From IMG/VR virus record IMGVR_UViG_3300045391_005857: a stretch of 57,257 bases of DNA. One strand, written 5' to 3'. How positions within the stretch are numbered: the first letter of the stretch is position 1; each line of letters begins with the position of its first letter. Positions 17,292 through 26,488 of this stretch are shown here, piece after piece. The notes under the pieces are model-generated. The model saw only the letters and a program-made list of their open reading frames with translations. It made no database searches and was not told the DNA's origin. The stretch is from an uncultured virus (IMG/VR IMGVR_UViG_3300045391_005857) (taxonomy: Duplodnaviria > Heunggongvirae > Uroviricota > Caudoviricetes). A program made the translations under genes and the position numbers.

Positions 17292-17939
17292 ATGGCATGC
17301 CGTTCAGGAGAATGCGGACACAGCTATCAACCACAGCCGAAGTGGCACCTGGCCTTGGCGGCGATCGCACTGATCGTGGCGACCATCACGCTGGCATGGG
17401 TCTGCGGGAGAGCCCAGGGAGAAGAGATCAAATATCCGCACGTGGTTCTGAAAGCCCCGGAACCCAAGGTGCAGATCATGATCTATCGATTGCCGAACTC
17501 CAAATCCAGCGGCTCCGCGGTGGCGATCGGGCGGGCGATGGAGCAACAGGGTTGGAGCGTGATCTATCTCGACGCCTACGGCGGAATGGCTGGCGTGTCC
17601 AAGATCAAAGTCGCCCCCACGACCGTGATCGAGACGGTCGGCGCTGACATGCAAGTGCATGAGGAAGCCCGCATTGAGGGCGCCGCGCCGGCTGAAACGA
17701 TTTACGCGGCTGCCAGAGCAGCGCGTAATAAGATCAAGCCGCCGGTCGCCGCACCAATCGGTTCTGCACAACCCAAGCCGGATGGCTCTTACCCGTACAA
17801 GATCGACGAGCAGGGTCGTATGTTCGGCCAGATCGATGGCGAGTGGAAAGACACCGGCCGTCGGTTTATCAAGGGGCCGACGAAAGAGTGGAACGAGATC
17901 ATTAAGCTCCCTGCACCAGCTATCGCCACTACACCCTAG
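17292..17939 (+). CDS. secreted or membrane hypothetical
   Basis: AAGGAG RBS, TM helix. Confidence 0.7.
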   Translation: MACRSGECGHSYQPQPKWHLALAAIALIVATITLAWVCGRAQGEEIKYPHVVLKAPEPKVQIMIYRLPNSKSSGSAVAIGRAMEQQGWSVIYLDAYGGMAGVSKIKVAPTTVIETVGADMQVHEEARIEGAAPAETIYAAARAARNKIKPPVAAPIGSAQPKPDGSYPYKIDEQGRMFGQIDGEWKDTGRRFIKGPTKEWNEIIKLPAPAIATTP

Positions 17940-18388
17940 TGCCTATCGTTATCCCGTTCTCGCGGTACTACGCCACGCGGACGTTGATTCGCTTCCGGCT
18001 CTTGGATGACGAACTCAACATCGTGACGGGTGGTTTCGTGGTGACCAATCTCACCACCGGCGAGCACGGGCCACGCGGCTACGTAACAATCGAGATCAAG
18101 GAGGCCGTGTTGCCCCTTGGTCGCTGGAAGGCGCTGGTAGAGGTTTACGGCAACGTCGCCAGCAACACGCGCTTCTCGGCCGTATTCCCGGTCAATGGGG
18201 CGTTGCCCCGCGTCCAAGACCCGATCATTATCCAGGTCGGCACGGCTGTTGCGGCGACGGACGTCGTCACAGATGACAGCCTGATCCTCGTTGAGTCCTT
18301 TGCCATCATTGGCCGGACCAACGAACACAACCATCGGATTTTCTACGAGTTGTGGCGACAACAACAATGCTCTCGCAAAGGACGGTGA
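17939..18388 (+). CDS. hypothetical with divergent MIxIPF tag (MPIVIPF)
   Basis: GTG CCT ATC GTT ATC CCG TTC on TAGTG overlap. Confidence 0.6.
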   Translation: MPIVIPFSRYYATRTLIRFRLLDDELNIVTGGFVVTNLTTGEHGPRGYVTIEIKEAVLPLGRWKALVEVYGNVASNTRFSAVFPVNGALPRVQDPIIIQVGTAVAATDVVTDDSLILVESFAIIGRTNEHNHRIFYELWRQQQCSRKGR

Positions 18389-18389
18389 C

Positions 18390-19397
18390 ATGCGTTGGTT
18401 CTTGCTGCTGTGTCTATTCGTAACTCCAGCTTACGCTCAGCGGGGCGCCATTCGGCAGGACGAGCTGAAGCACGTGCAGGAGCAATTCCAGCAGCTCTGG
18501 GGCGAGCCATTGTTGATGAAGCTCGCCGATCTGCCGGCGGAGGGCCACGTTCCCGACTTCCGCATCCCGTATAGCGGCCACGATTATCCCGATCGGGCGG
18601 GCGGCACTTACCTGGCCCTGTCCAAGTACGACCGAGCCTTCAATCGCGGCGCCCTGGCGACCAATTACGAGATCAACGACGTCAAGCTCCATCGCTACGG
18701 CAAGACCAAGCGGCCGCCGTTGCTCTTCCCCAAGGCGGCGGAGCGCCGCGTGCCGGGCTGGTACGGGCACTGCAACGGCTGGACAGCGGCCGCGATCAGG
18801 CATGCCGAGCCGCAGCACAGCGTGACCCGCAATGGCGTTACGTTCACGCCGGCGGACATTAAGGGGCTCTTGGCGGAGCTGTATATGTACTCGGACTCGA
18901 CGTTCCTCGGTGGCGTCGATCCGGCGATCAATCCGGCGATGTTGCACCTGGCTCTGGCCAACTGGCTGGGCCGTGGCGCGCATCCGATCGCCATGGAGGC
19001 GGCTCTCGGCGAGATGGTCGTGAACTTCCCCATCCACCGCTATTCCTCCACGATCTCACCCGGCAATCCGACCGTGGTCGCCACGACCGTCACCTACACG
19101 CTCAACATTCCGCGCGAAATCGACAAAGGCCCCGCGAACTTTAATCGCAAGATGGTGTTCTCTTATGCTCTCGACCTCGATCAGCAGGGCCAGATTCGCG
19201 GCGGCTACTACCTCAATGGCAGCCAGGCGATCGACATGCTTTGGGTGCCGCTCAAGCCGACCCAGGGCGGTCAGGCCGGCAATCAGTCGGGCAACCCTTA
19301 CCTCAACGTGAAAGATGTGCTGGCTCTGTGGCGGGACTCGGTGCCCGAGGAGACACGGAAGGCCTGGCACAACATCGATCCGGACGAAGCACCATGA
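18390..19397 (+). CDS. secreted transglutaminase-elicitor-like cysteine enzyme
   Basis: Signal peptide; WYGHCNGWTAAAI..EP...NGVTF...DIKGLLAELY; INPA..H; V.NFPI. Confidence 0.75.
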   Translation: MRWFLLLCLFVTPAYAQRGAIRQDELKHVQEQFQQLWGEPLLMKLADLPAEGHVPDFRIPYSGHDYPDRAGGTYLALSKYDRAFNRGALATNYEINDVKLHRYGKTKRPPLLFPKAAERRVPGWYGHCNGWTAAAIRHAEPQHSVTRNGVTFTPADIKGLLAELYMYSDSTFLGGVDPAINPAMLHLALANWLGRGAHPIAMEAALGEMVVNFPIHRYSSTISPGNPTVVATTVTYTLNIPREIDKGPANFNRKMVFSYALDLDQQGQIRGGYYLNGSQAIDMLWVPLKPTQGGQAGNQSGNPYLNVKDVLALWRDSVPEETRKAWHNIDPDEAP

Positions 19398-19780
19398 ATA
19401 TCCCTACGTACAACGCCGGCCGGTTCCGTCGCGACGGTTTCTTCATCTGGTTATTCGATCAGCGCTACGACATTCCCGAAATGCGAGCGTCCCACCTCGC
19501 CAATACGGTGCTGCCGCTAGTCAAGCAGCTCAATCCGCCGTTGACACCGTTGGAGACGATCTGGCTAATGGAGTTCGCCAGCGGTTACTGCGGGTCGCTA
19601 TACCGGCAATTCGTAGACGGCTTACGGGAGATCGTCGATGGACCTACCAGCCAAGGATGTGCCAGTGGGGCGGTTCTTCGTGACGGCGGACCCACCGCCC
19701 AACAATGTGTTCATCATGCGGCGAGCCCCGCGGATGGTGTTGCACGGCCGCAAGAAAGCGGAACGTCGGCAAGTTCTTGA
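19394..19780 (+). CDS. hypothetical protein
   Basis: ATGA-coupled; long 3' overlap with the next gene. Confidence 0.5.
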   Translation: MNIPTYNAGRFRRDGFFIWLFDQRYDIPEMRASHLANTVLPLVKQLNPPLTPLETIWLMEFASGYCGSLYRQFVDGLREIVDGPTSQGCASGAVLRDGGPTAQQCVHHAASPADGVARPQESGTSASS

Positions 19781-19931
19781 GGACGGGCTCTGCCAGAACA
19801 TCAACACGGACGAGTATATGCGGATTGACGGCCGTGTGCTCGTGCGGCTGTTGGCTGAAGCGGAGCATAACCAGACCCACTTCGTAGGCGGCGGCCTGCG
19901 GGAAGCTCTCGCAGCCACCGGGCTGTGGTAA
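19638..19931 (+). CDS. hypothetical protein
   Basis: GGGAG RBS. Confidence 0.6.
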   Translation: MDLPAKDVPVGRFFVTADPPPNNVFIMRRAPRMVLHGRKKAERRQVLEDGLCQNINTDEYMRIDGRVLVRLLAEAEHNQTHFVGGGLREALAATGLW

Positions 19932-20167
19932 GCATGGATGACGATGCCAGTCAACCAATTTATGCCCCGGACGATGTAAAGGTGGGGGATACCCTTACGA
20001 AGTTCGGCACGCGACAAGCCAAGGGCGAGTATCGCGTGATCTCGATCGGTGTAGCCACCGTTACGGTGCGGAAGGCAAGTGGCCTTACGACGACGTTGCG
20101 GCGGCGGATCGTGATCGTACGTCACCCGGCTAGAAACCGGCCGTGGAAGAAGCCGGCGGCCGGTTGA
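19925..20167 (+). CDS. hypothetical protein
   Basis: In-operon ORF; start uncertain. Confidence 0.55.
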   Translation: MVSMDDDASQPIYAPDDVKVGDTLTKFGTRQAKGEYRVISIGVATVTVRKASGLTTTLRRRIVIVRHPARNRPWKKPAAG

Positions 20168-20193
20168 CGGGTGCATATTTGTGTCAGTACACT
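20164..20193 (+). promoter_or_regulatory. sigma70-like promoter, possibly leaderless transcript
   Basis: TTGACG-18-TACACT, ATG at 20200. Confidence 0.55.
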
Positions 20194-20199
20194 GGCCAC

Positions 20200-20382
20200 A
20201 TGGCCAAAACAGGACGTCCGACGAAGCAAGAGCCCGAAAAGCGTAACAAGCTGATGCAGGTGCGGATGCGTGCTGCGGATATGAAACGCTTCAACGCGGC
20301 TGCGATCAAAGCGGGGCTCGATCTCTCCGGCTGGGTACGCTCCCGGCTGTTAAATGTTGCCCGCCAGGAACTTGGTACTTAG
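20200..20382 (+). CDS. ribbon-helix-helix DNA-binding protein
   Basis: GRP...LMQVRM...F..AA..AGLDLSGWVR. Confidence 0.75.
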   Translation: MAKTGRPTKQEPEKRNKLMQVRMRAADMKRFNAAAIKAGLDLSGWVRSRLLNVARQELGT

Positions 20383-20386
20383 AAAC
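20374..20386 (+). repeat. dispersed 13-mer, copy 3
   Basis: Exact copy; supplies the TAG stop of the RHH gene. Confidence 0.9.
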
Positions 20387-20398
20387 CGTAGGCATAGC

Positions 20399-20830
20399 AT
20401 GTCTGATCGCGACTGGTATGCTAGCTGGCGACGCCGCACTCACGCCGCTTACGAACTCTACAACACCGCGAGTCTCGTCGATGATCGCGGATTCATTGAG
20501 CTGTATAACAAACTGGTGCATGAGTTGCAGTTCTGTCCGGAAGTAATTATTCGTCCATCTGTCACGGCGCTGCATAACGGCAGGCACGACATTCTGCTGA
20601 AGATCAGCGTGTACGATCCCGACGATCCTGCCATGAATCTGCCAGACGGCACGATACGCTTCCGCGACCTGTACTTTGGCAAGGTGACTCGCGGCGCTAA
20701 GAAGATTATGGGTATTATGCAAACTCTATTCGACGAAGCGGCTATGCATAAGCCGCGTAAACGACTACCGCCGTTGCCTTCGCCGCCGGTGGAACGGACA
20801 CGCGCGATCGATCTTAGTTGCGGAAAATAA
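20399..20830 (+). CDS. hypothetical protein
   Basis: ATG at 20399. Confidence 0.6.
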   Translation: MSDRDWYASWRRRTHAAYELYNTASLVDDRGFIELYNKLVHELQFCPEVIIRPSVTALHNGRHDILLKISVYDPDDPAMNLPDGTIRFRDLYFGKVTRGAKKIMGIMQTLFDEAAMHKPRKRLPPLPSPPVERTRAIDLSCGK

Positions 20831-20889
20831 TCTACTCTGGCGTCCGCCCTCGCGACGTGCTAATAGTGATCAGCATCAGGGAGGATGCA

Positions 20890-21414
20890 ATGTCAGCGCT
20901 GCCAGTACCAGTACCGCAGCAGCTTAATCGCGTGCAGGAAGCCCGCCGTAATCAGGGCTGGTCGCTCCGCACCGCCGCGCGGCGGCTGGGCACCGATATC
21001 CGCACCGTGCGACAGCTCGAAGACCCGCACGCCGATCTCCGCCTGAGTGAGGTCTATCTCTGGCAGCGAGCCCTGGACGTGCCGCTGGAGGACCTGTGTC
21101 TGCTCGACGATCAACCCGTCGAGAGCCCGGTGCAGAAACGATCGGTGATGGTGCGTGTCATGCGGACCGCCCGGACGATCGAATCGCAGGAGCTGAGCGA
21201 ATCGCAACGCACCAACGTACAAAACCTTATCGCGCAGCTTTTGGAAGTCATGCCGGAGCTGGCGGAAGTCGTCGCCTGGCCGGCGGTGGGGCAGCGACGT
21301 AGTCTGGAGGAGCCCAGTCAGCGCGATCTCGAACCAACAGCGATACCGATGGGGATGCGGGGCTGGGAAGATAGCGAGAGCCGGACCGGAAAGCATCCGA
21401 CGGCTGACGTTTAA
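20890..21414 (+). CDS. XRE-family HTH regulator
   Basis: RVQEARRNQGWSLRTAARRLG...DLRLSEV...ALDVPLEDL; GGAGG RBS. Confidence 0.85.
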   Translation: MSALPVPVPQQLNRVQEARRNQGWSLRTAARRLGTDIRTVRQLEDPHADLRLSEVYLWQRALDVPLEDLCLLDDQPVESPVQKRSVMVRVMRTARTIESQELSESQRTNVQNLIAQLLEVMPELAEVVAWPAVGQRRSLEEPSQRDLEPTAIPMGMRGWEDSESRTGKHPTADV

Positions 21415-21432
21415 CGCGGTCGGGAGGCAAGG

Positions 21433-22083
21433 ATGCCACGTCGTCGCAAGAAGCAGCCGGAAGCCTCGGAGCAGTGGTGGACTTACCCGCCGCGGCCTGA
21501 TCGCGAGTCGTCCCGCTGGACCCGGGCCGAGCAACGCGGCTTCGTCTGCGTGCCGACCATGGTTGGCGTCGGCCCCAACGAGCGGAAGGTCTCGGACGAG
21601 CAGTGGGTCGAGGCCGTGCTGACGGGCGTCATGATCGACGTCGGGCCGTATGCGTTCTGGGTCGGCTTCACGAACCTGCTCCGCGCGGCGTTCCGCGAGT
21701 TCTATAACGAGAACGACTGGCCGGCGATCGGCAACTACGACAGCTACGAGCCCTACTTCGGCGAGCTGCCATTGCCCAATGCGGCGATCGTGCCCGGCGA
21801 CTGCGGCTACGTGGCCGGTAAATGGACGCCGGAGATGATGCGGGGCATGAAACATAATCCGGTGTTCGTGGGCATCCCGCCCTTCCCGCAGCTCATCGCC
21901 CAGGACGCCTGGTGCCAGAATATTGCGGACGACGACCAGGATGACGGCGTGCTGCAGCGGTTCGCCAACGTGCTGTTTTGCCTGCGAAGATCCTACGGCT
22001 GCGCGGCCTCGCCGGAAGTGCAAGCCCCGCTGGGGTATATGCTTCGCAACGGCCTGTTTATGCCGATGCCCGAGCCCAGTTAG
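21433..22083 (+). CDS. hypothetical protein (216 aa)
   Basis: GGAGG RBS. Confidence 0.7.
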   Translation: MPRRRKKQPEASEQWWTYPPRPDRESSRWTRAEQRGFVCVPTMVGVGPNERKVSDEQWVEAVLTGVMIDVGPYAFWVGFTNLLRAAFREFYNENDWPAIGNYDSYEPYFGELPLPNAAIVPGDCGYVAGKWTPEMMRGMKHNPVFVGIPPFPQLIAQDAWCQNIADDDQDDGVLQRFANVLFCLRRSYGCAASPEVQAPLGYMLRNGLFMPMPEPS

Positions 22084-22157
22084 GTTCGCCTGGACGCTGA
22101 GCGACCAATCGCGTATTGTGGATCGTTACTGAGGGAGTCTTTGCCCAGGGAGGGACC

Positions 22158-22361
22158 ATGGCCGCCGATCTGTCACAAGTGCCGCTGGCTGAGCTGGAAA
22201 CGGAAAGCACGCGGCTCTCGACCGCGATCCGCGAGCTGCAGGACCAACGGCGGCCTGTCGACGACGAGATCAGCCGTCGGCATGACGTCATCAAAGCTCT
22301 GAAGACTCAATCGCCGGCCGAAATCGACGCCGCGATCCGCGCAGCATCCAATCCGTCTTAA
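22158..22361 (+). CDS. small coiled-coil protein
   Basis: GGAGG RBS. Confidence 0.65.
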   Translation: MAADLSQVPLAELETESTRLSTAIRELQDQRRPVDDEISRRHDVIKALKTQSPAEIDAAIRAASNPS

Positions 22362-22385
22362 CGCAGCACCACAGGGAGGTGAGCG

Positions 22386-22805
22386 GTGTCGAGCAATTTC
22401 AAGCTGGGCGTCAGCGCCATGCAGGCGGCGTGCGATGCGATCGTCGATTTGGTCGATCCGGGCGGACCCGGGCTGTTGAAGATTTATAGCGGCTCGCCGC
22501 CGGCTACGCCGGCTACCGGCGCTACTGGTACATTGCTCGCGACGCTGACGTTCTCGGCGACGGCCTTCGGCAGCGCGAATTCATCTGGTACCGCGACGGC
22601 CAATTCGATCACTTCGGATACCAATGCCGATGCGTCGGCTGACGCGGGGTATTTTCGAGTTGTGACTGCGGGCGGTACAGTCATTTTTCAAGGGACCGCC
22701 GGTAACTCCGGCGACTCGCCCGATATGACTTTCGACAACAAAAGCATCGTGGCGGGTGGTACTGTAGCGTGCTCGGCCATGACCCTGACTGTGCCGACGC
22801 AATAA
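22386..22805 (+). CDS. probable virion structural protein
   Basis: GLLKIYSG.PP...TGTLLATLTF...AGYFRV...IFQG pattern recalls small phage tail/head proteins. Confidence 0.7.
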   Translation: MSSNFKLGVSAMQAACDAIVDLVDPGGPGLLKIYSGSPPATPATGATGTLLATLTFSATAFGSANSSGTATANSITSDTNADASADAGYFRVVTAGGTVIFQGTAGNSGDSPDMTFDNKSIVAGGTVACSAMTLTVPTQ

Positions 22806-22818
22806 CCGAGGTGGCTAT

Positions 22819-23130
22819 ATGAGTAAAGAAAAACGCCGGGCGTTTCTCCAGAACGACCCTATCAACGTCCACAACATCGTACCTCAGCAGACCATTAAGC
22901 AGGTTTCGCAAACCGGCCTGGCCGCCCTTCTCGAAAACGTCGAAATCAAGGCCACCGCCAGCAGTTCCTACACCCGACAGAACGTCGACGATCGGTTGAA
23001 TTTCCTGAGTGAGAGGTTGTGTGAGATCAAGGTGGGCCAGCGAGCACCAGACGAAGCGCCGGCCCTCCAAGAGGAACAAAATTACTTACTGCGGCTGCGG
23101 GAGCGTGACTTCGGCGTTCCGGCGGCCTGA
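22819..23130 (+). CDS. hypothetical protein
   Basis: GAGGT RBS. Confidence 0.65.
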   Translation: MSKEKRRAFLQNDPINVHNIVPQQTIKQVSQTGLAALLENVEIKATASSSYTRQNVDDRLNFLSERLCEIKVGQRAPDEAPALQEEQNYLLRLRERDFGVPAA

Positions 23131-23147
23131 TCGCCAGCGGGGCAGGG

Positions 23148-25001
23148 ATGCCGTCTGATCTGTACGATACTGCGGGCAGCATTACCTGGGATCGCAAGCC
23201 CGGCGTGACTAAGTTCACGTTCAAAGGCACCGGCGGCGGCGGTGGCGGCCTGGCGGGTGATGGGAGTAATTCTGGTAACGGCGGTGGCGGCGGCGGGTAT
23301 GTCGAGGCAGAATTTACCGGCCTGAGCGACCCTTCTTATTCAGGTGTTCTCGGCGCTGGTGGGTTAGGGGAAGATCCCGACATCTCGCAGCCCGTGTCCA
23401 GCGGCGGCGATACCTATATCAATGTTGGCGATGATTTAGCGCAGGCAGACGGCGGGGCTGATGGCTCAGCGCGTGTGGGCGGTTCTTGGACCGCTACGTC
23501 CGGGGCCGGTTTCAATGGCGGTACCGGCGGATTGGGCGGAACGGGTGGCGAAGTATCGGGTGCTGGCGGCGGAGGTGGCGCCGGCGACACTGGTGACGGC
23601 GGCGACGGTCATGATTTTTCCCCCAGCTCTGACGGTTTTGGCGGTGCCGGCGCGGCTACACGCGGCGGCAATGGCGGCGATGGTGATGTAGGCGGTAATG
23701 GTAGCGATGGGTCTCAGTATGGCGGCGGTGGCGCTGGCGCTACGAGCGGGCGTGGCGGTAATGGCGCCAGTGGTTTTGTTGAGGTGGCGTTTGAATATGG
23801 CACGCTGGTTGTGACAGTGCAGCCGTCGACTACTGACAGTGGCTTACCGATCGCTACGATCACGGTTCAGATCAAAGACATTGACGGCGCTGCGGACACA
23901 TCCGCGGATACAGCAGCAGCCGGCAACCTGATCTCTGTGGCGATTTTATCCGGCGCCGGTTCGTTTACTGCTGGTACGACGACCAAGGCTTACGGCAGCG
24001 GCGCGAATGGTTCGTTGGCTGACTTCAATGATCTGGTGATTACCGGCGCTGGTCCATTTGTTCTGCGCTTCACGGACGCCGTTACCGGGATTTTTGTCGA
24101 CACCGACAGTTTTACGATCGTCAGTCACGATGTGACTGTCGCCGATTTTATAGTAGACGGCGTGGCGTTTACCGCCAGCGCTACCTTCGGTGCTGGTGCG
24201 AAGACAGCCACGAGTGATCTCGTGGTGCATAACATCAGCGGCGTAGCCAGTGCGGCCTTCTCGCCCGGCACGCATACGGCCAACGCTGCTCCGTCCGTTA
24301 CTGGTATTAACCTCGCGGCTGCTGCGTCTTCCTTTTTGTACTGTACCGGTGATTTTACAGTGCACAATATCGGCGGCGTCGCCTCGGCCACTTTCTCGCC
24401 TGGTACACACACGGCCAACGCTGATCTGACTGTCACCGGTATCGCATTCGCTGCCACCGCGGCAGGCACTACACCGACGGCCACCGCGACAGCGGGTTTA
24501 ACTGTCCGCAATATCAGCGGTGCTGCTTTGACCACGTTTGCGCCCGGCACCCACACGGCGACGGCGGATCGTACATTGTCCGGGATTTCATTTGCGGCCG
24601 ATATGGTTTTTGCCGCCAGCGTGAGTATCGGCACAGCCAATCTCTCGACCCATAACATTACATTTGCGGCAGCTACCTCATTTTCGCCTGGTACGCACAC
24701 GGCGACATCGGCAGACTTTACTGCCCACGTCGTCTATGCCGCCACGGCATCGTTCTCGCCTGGTACGCATACAGCGACGGCGGCTCTGCTAGTTCCGTCG
24801 GTGGTGTTTGTGGCATCGGGAAATGTCACGAACTGCGAGTTCTACAAACGCTATCGGCATATCACGCGGTATGAGCCTCACAACGACTTCCCCGCCGGCC
24901 GCCTGGTGTTCTATCGAGATCACGTTACTTACCTCTGCAAGTATGGTCGTCGCGAAGAGGTGCGGATCGTAACGCACATCAAGCGCTACCGCATTCACTA
25001 A
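23148..25001 (+). CDS. Gly-rich tail-fibre or adhesin-like protein with internal repeats
   Basis: GGGGG-rich N-terminal domain, Ig-like middle, five F(S/A)PGTHTA repeats. Confidence 0.75.
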   Translation: MPSDLYDTAGSITWDRKPGVTKFTFKGTGGGGGGLAGDGSNSGNGGGGGGYVEAEFTGLSDPSYSGVLGAGGLGEDPDISQPVSSGGDTYINVGDDLAQADGGADGSARVGGSWTATSGAGFNGGTGGLGGTGGEVSGAGGGGGAGDTGDGGDGHDFSPSSDGFGGAGAATRGGNGGDGDVGGNGSDGSQYGGGGAGATSGRGGNGASGFVEVAFEYGTLVVTVQPSTTDSGLPIATITVQIKDIDGAADTSADTAAAGNLISVAILSGAGSFTAGTTTKAYGSGANGSLADFNDLVITGAGPFVLRFTDAVTGIFVDTDSFTIVSHDVTVADFIVDGVAFTASATFGAGAKTATSDLVVHNISGVASAAFSPGTHTANAAPSVTGINLAAAASSFLYCTGDFTVHNIGGVASATFSPGTHTANADLTVTGIAFAATAAGTTPTATATAGLTVRNISGAALTTFAPGTHTATADRTLSGISFAADMVFAASVSIGTANLSTHNITFAAATSFSPGTHTATSADFTAHVVYAATASFSPGTHTATAALLVPSVVFVASGNVTNCEFYKRYRHITRYEPHNDFPAGRLVFYRDHVTYLCKYGRREEVRIVTHIKRYRIH

Positions 25002-25012
25002 GGAGTAGTGTT

Positions 25013-25840
25013 ATGGCAGTAAAACGGTCGAAGCATCCCAGGCTCCATCGGCCGCCGGCGGAGAAGCCCAATCCGCCCGGCAAAGGTCGATACGGCTGGA
25101 TTCCCGATTTGCCCGACAAGCGTGACTACCGCTTCGCGGCTGAGCGGTATGTGGATTTGAAAGCCCTCCCGCGCAAGATCGACCTGCGGCCCGGCGATTC
25201 GCCGCTCTACGATCAAAGCCAGCTCGGCTCCTGCACCGGCAACGCGATCGCCGGAGCCCTGCAGTTTGATCGGCGGAAGCAACGGTTGAAGCCTGACTAC
25301 GTGCCCTCGCGGTTGTTCATCTACTACAACGAGCGGGTCATGGAGCGGACCGTCGGCCAAGACGCCGGCGCCTCGATTCGCGACGGTATCAAGAGCGTGG
25401 CCAAGCTCGGCGCTCCGCCCGAGACGCTATGGCCCTACAACATCCGCAAGTTCGCGACGAAGCCGCCAACCAAGGCTTATCAGACTGCGTTGTTGCACAC
25501 GGCCGTCAAGTATCAACGCTTGACCAGCACGTCGCTGGCTCAGCTCAAAGGCTGTTTAGCCGGCGGGCTGCCGTTCGTGTTCGGCTTCGCGGTCTATGCC
25601 CCGTTCGAGGGCGATGAAGTCGCCCGCACGGGTCGCGTGCCGATGCCGCAGCCGGGCGAGGAGGAATTGGGCGGTCACGCCGTGCTGTGCGTCGGCTATG
25701 ACGACAGCATCGGTTGCTTCATCGTGCGAAATTCTTGGGGTACCAGTTGGGGAGATGGTGGTTATTTTTATATTCCCTATGATTATTTGACCGACCTTGA
25801 TCTCGCCGACGACTTCTGGGTCATCCAGATCGTGAAGTAA
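25013..25840 (+). CDS. papain-like C1 cysteine peptidase
   Basis: DQSQLGSCTGNA, SRLFIYYNER, GGHAV, RNSWG..WG..GYF. Confidence 0.93.
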   Translation: MAVKRSKHPRLHRPPAEKPNPPGKGRYGWIPDLPDKRDYRFAAERYVDLKALPRKIDLRPGDSPLYDQSQLGSCTGNAIAGALQFDRRKQRLKPDYVPSRLFIYYNERVMERTVGQDAGASIRDGIKSVAKLGAPPETLWPYNIRKFATKPPTKAYQTALLHTAVKYQRLTSTSLAQLKGCLAGGLPFVFGFAVYAPFEGDEVARTGRVPMPQPGEEELGGHAVLCVGYDDSIGCFIVRNSWGTSWGDGGYFYIPYDYLTDLDLADDFWVIQIVK

Positions 25841-25869
25841 GAGACGATCGAGTCGACGGCGTCGTCGCG

Positions 25870-26043
25870 TTAGTGAATAGCGGCGACGCCGAAGTGGACG
25901 AGCCACAGCGCCAGCCCCAGCCACAGGCAAGCGAACCAGCCGAGCCACGGCGAATACGCCGGAGCGTTGGGCACAGCTCCCAGGAGCGAGAGCAGCCATA
26001 GGAACATCGTCATCACAAACAATACGAGTAGAACGATGGCCAC
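25870..26043 (-). CDS. small two-TM membrane protein (57 aa, not in ORF track)
   Basis: GGGAGG RBS, GTG start, MAIVLLVLFV...LALWLVHFGVAAIH. Confidence 0.6.
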   Translation of the reverse strand: MAIVLLVLFVMTMFLWLLSLLGAVPNAPAYSPWLGWFACLWLGLALWLVHFGVAAIH

Positions 26044-26094
26044 CACGGGTCACCTCCCTGTTGAAAGAAGCGAAGTTGTCGCTGCGTAGAACAG

Positions 26095-26376
26095 CTACGG
26101 CACGATGACGCGAACGCCTGGTGCCGAGTAATAACCGCTGCCGTAGTAGCCAGGCCCGTAGTAATAACTGCCGTAGACGGCCGGCGGTGGCGGAGCGTAA
26201 TAGCGACGGCCGTAATAGCCGTAGTTGTAGTAGTTGTAAGCCGGCGGCGGACCATAGTACGGTCGTCGACCGATCGAGACGGATGGGCCGAAAAAGCCGG
26301 CACGCACGCCAATCTGGGCGTGGGCGGGAGCCGACAGAGCGAGAACGACTAGTAGGCTGGCGATGAGCTTGGACAT
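26095..26376 (-). CDS. secreted Tyr/Gly/Pro-rich protein
   Basis: AAGGAG RBS, signal peptide ending AHA. Confidence 0.75.
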   Translation of the reverse strand: MSKLIASLLVVLALSAPAHAQIGVRAGFFGPSVSIGRRPYYGPPPAYNYYNYGYYGRRYYAPPPPAVYGSYYYGPGYYGSGYYSAPGVRVIVP

Positions 26377-26488
26377 GGCGACTCCTTTCGAGTGGGCTAA
26401 AGATGCAATCAGCGTGCCGGTTTGCGATTGACGAGTCAACAGCGATCGCGACACAATCGGGCCTGTCGCGTAAACCGGGAGGGAGCCC

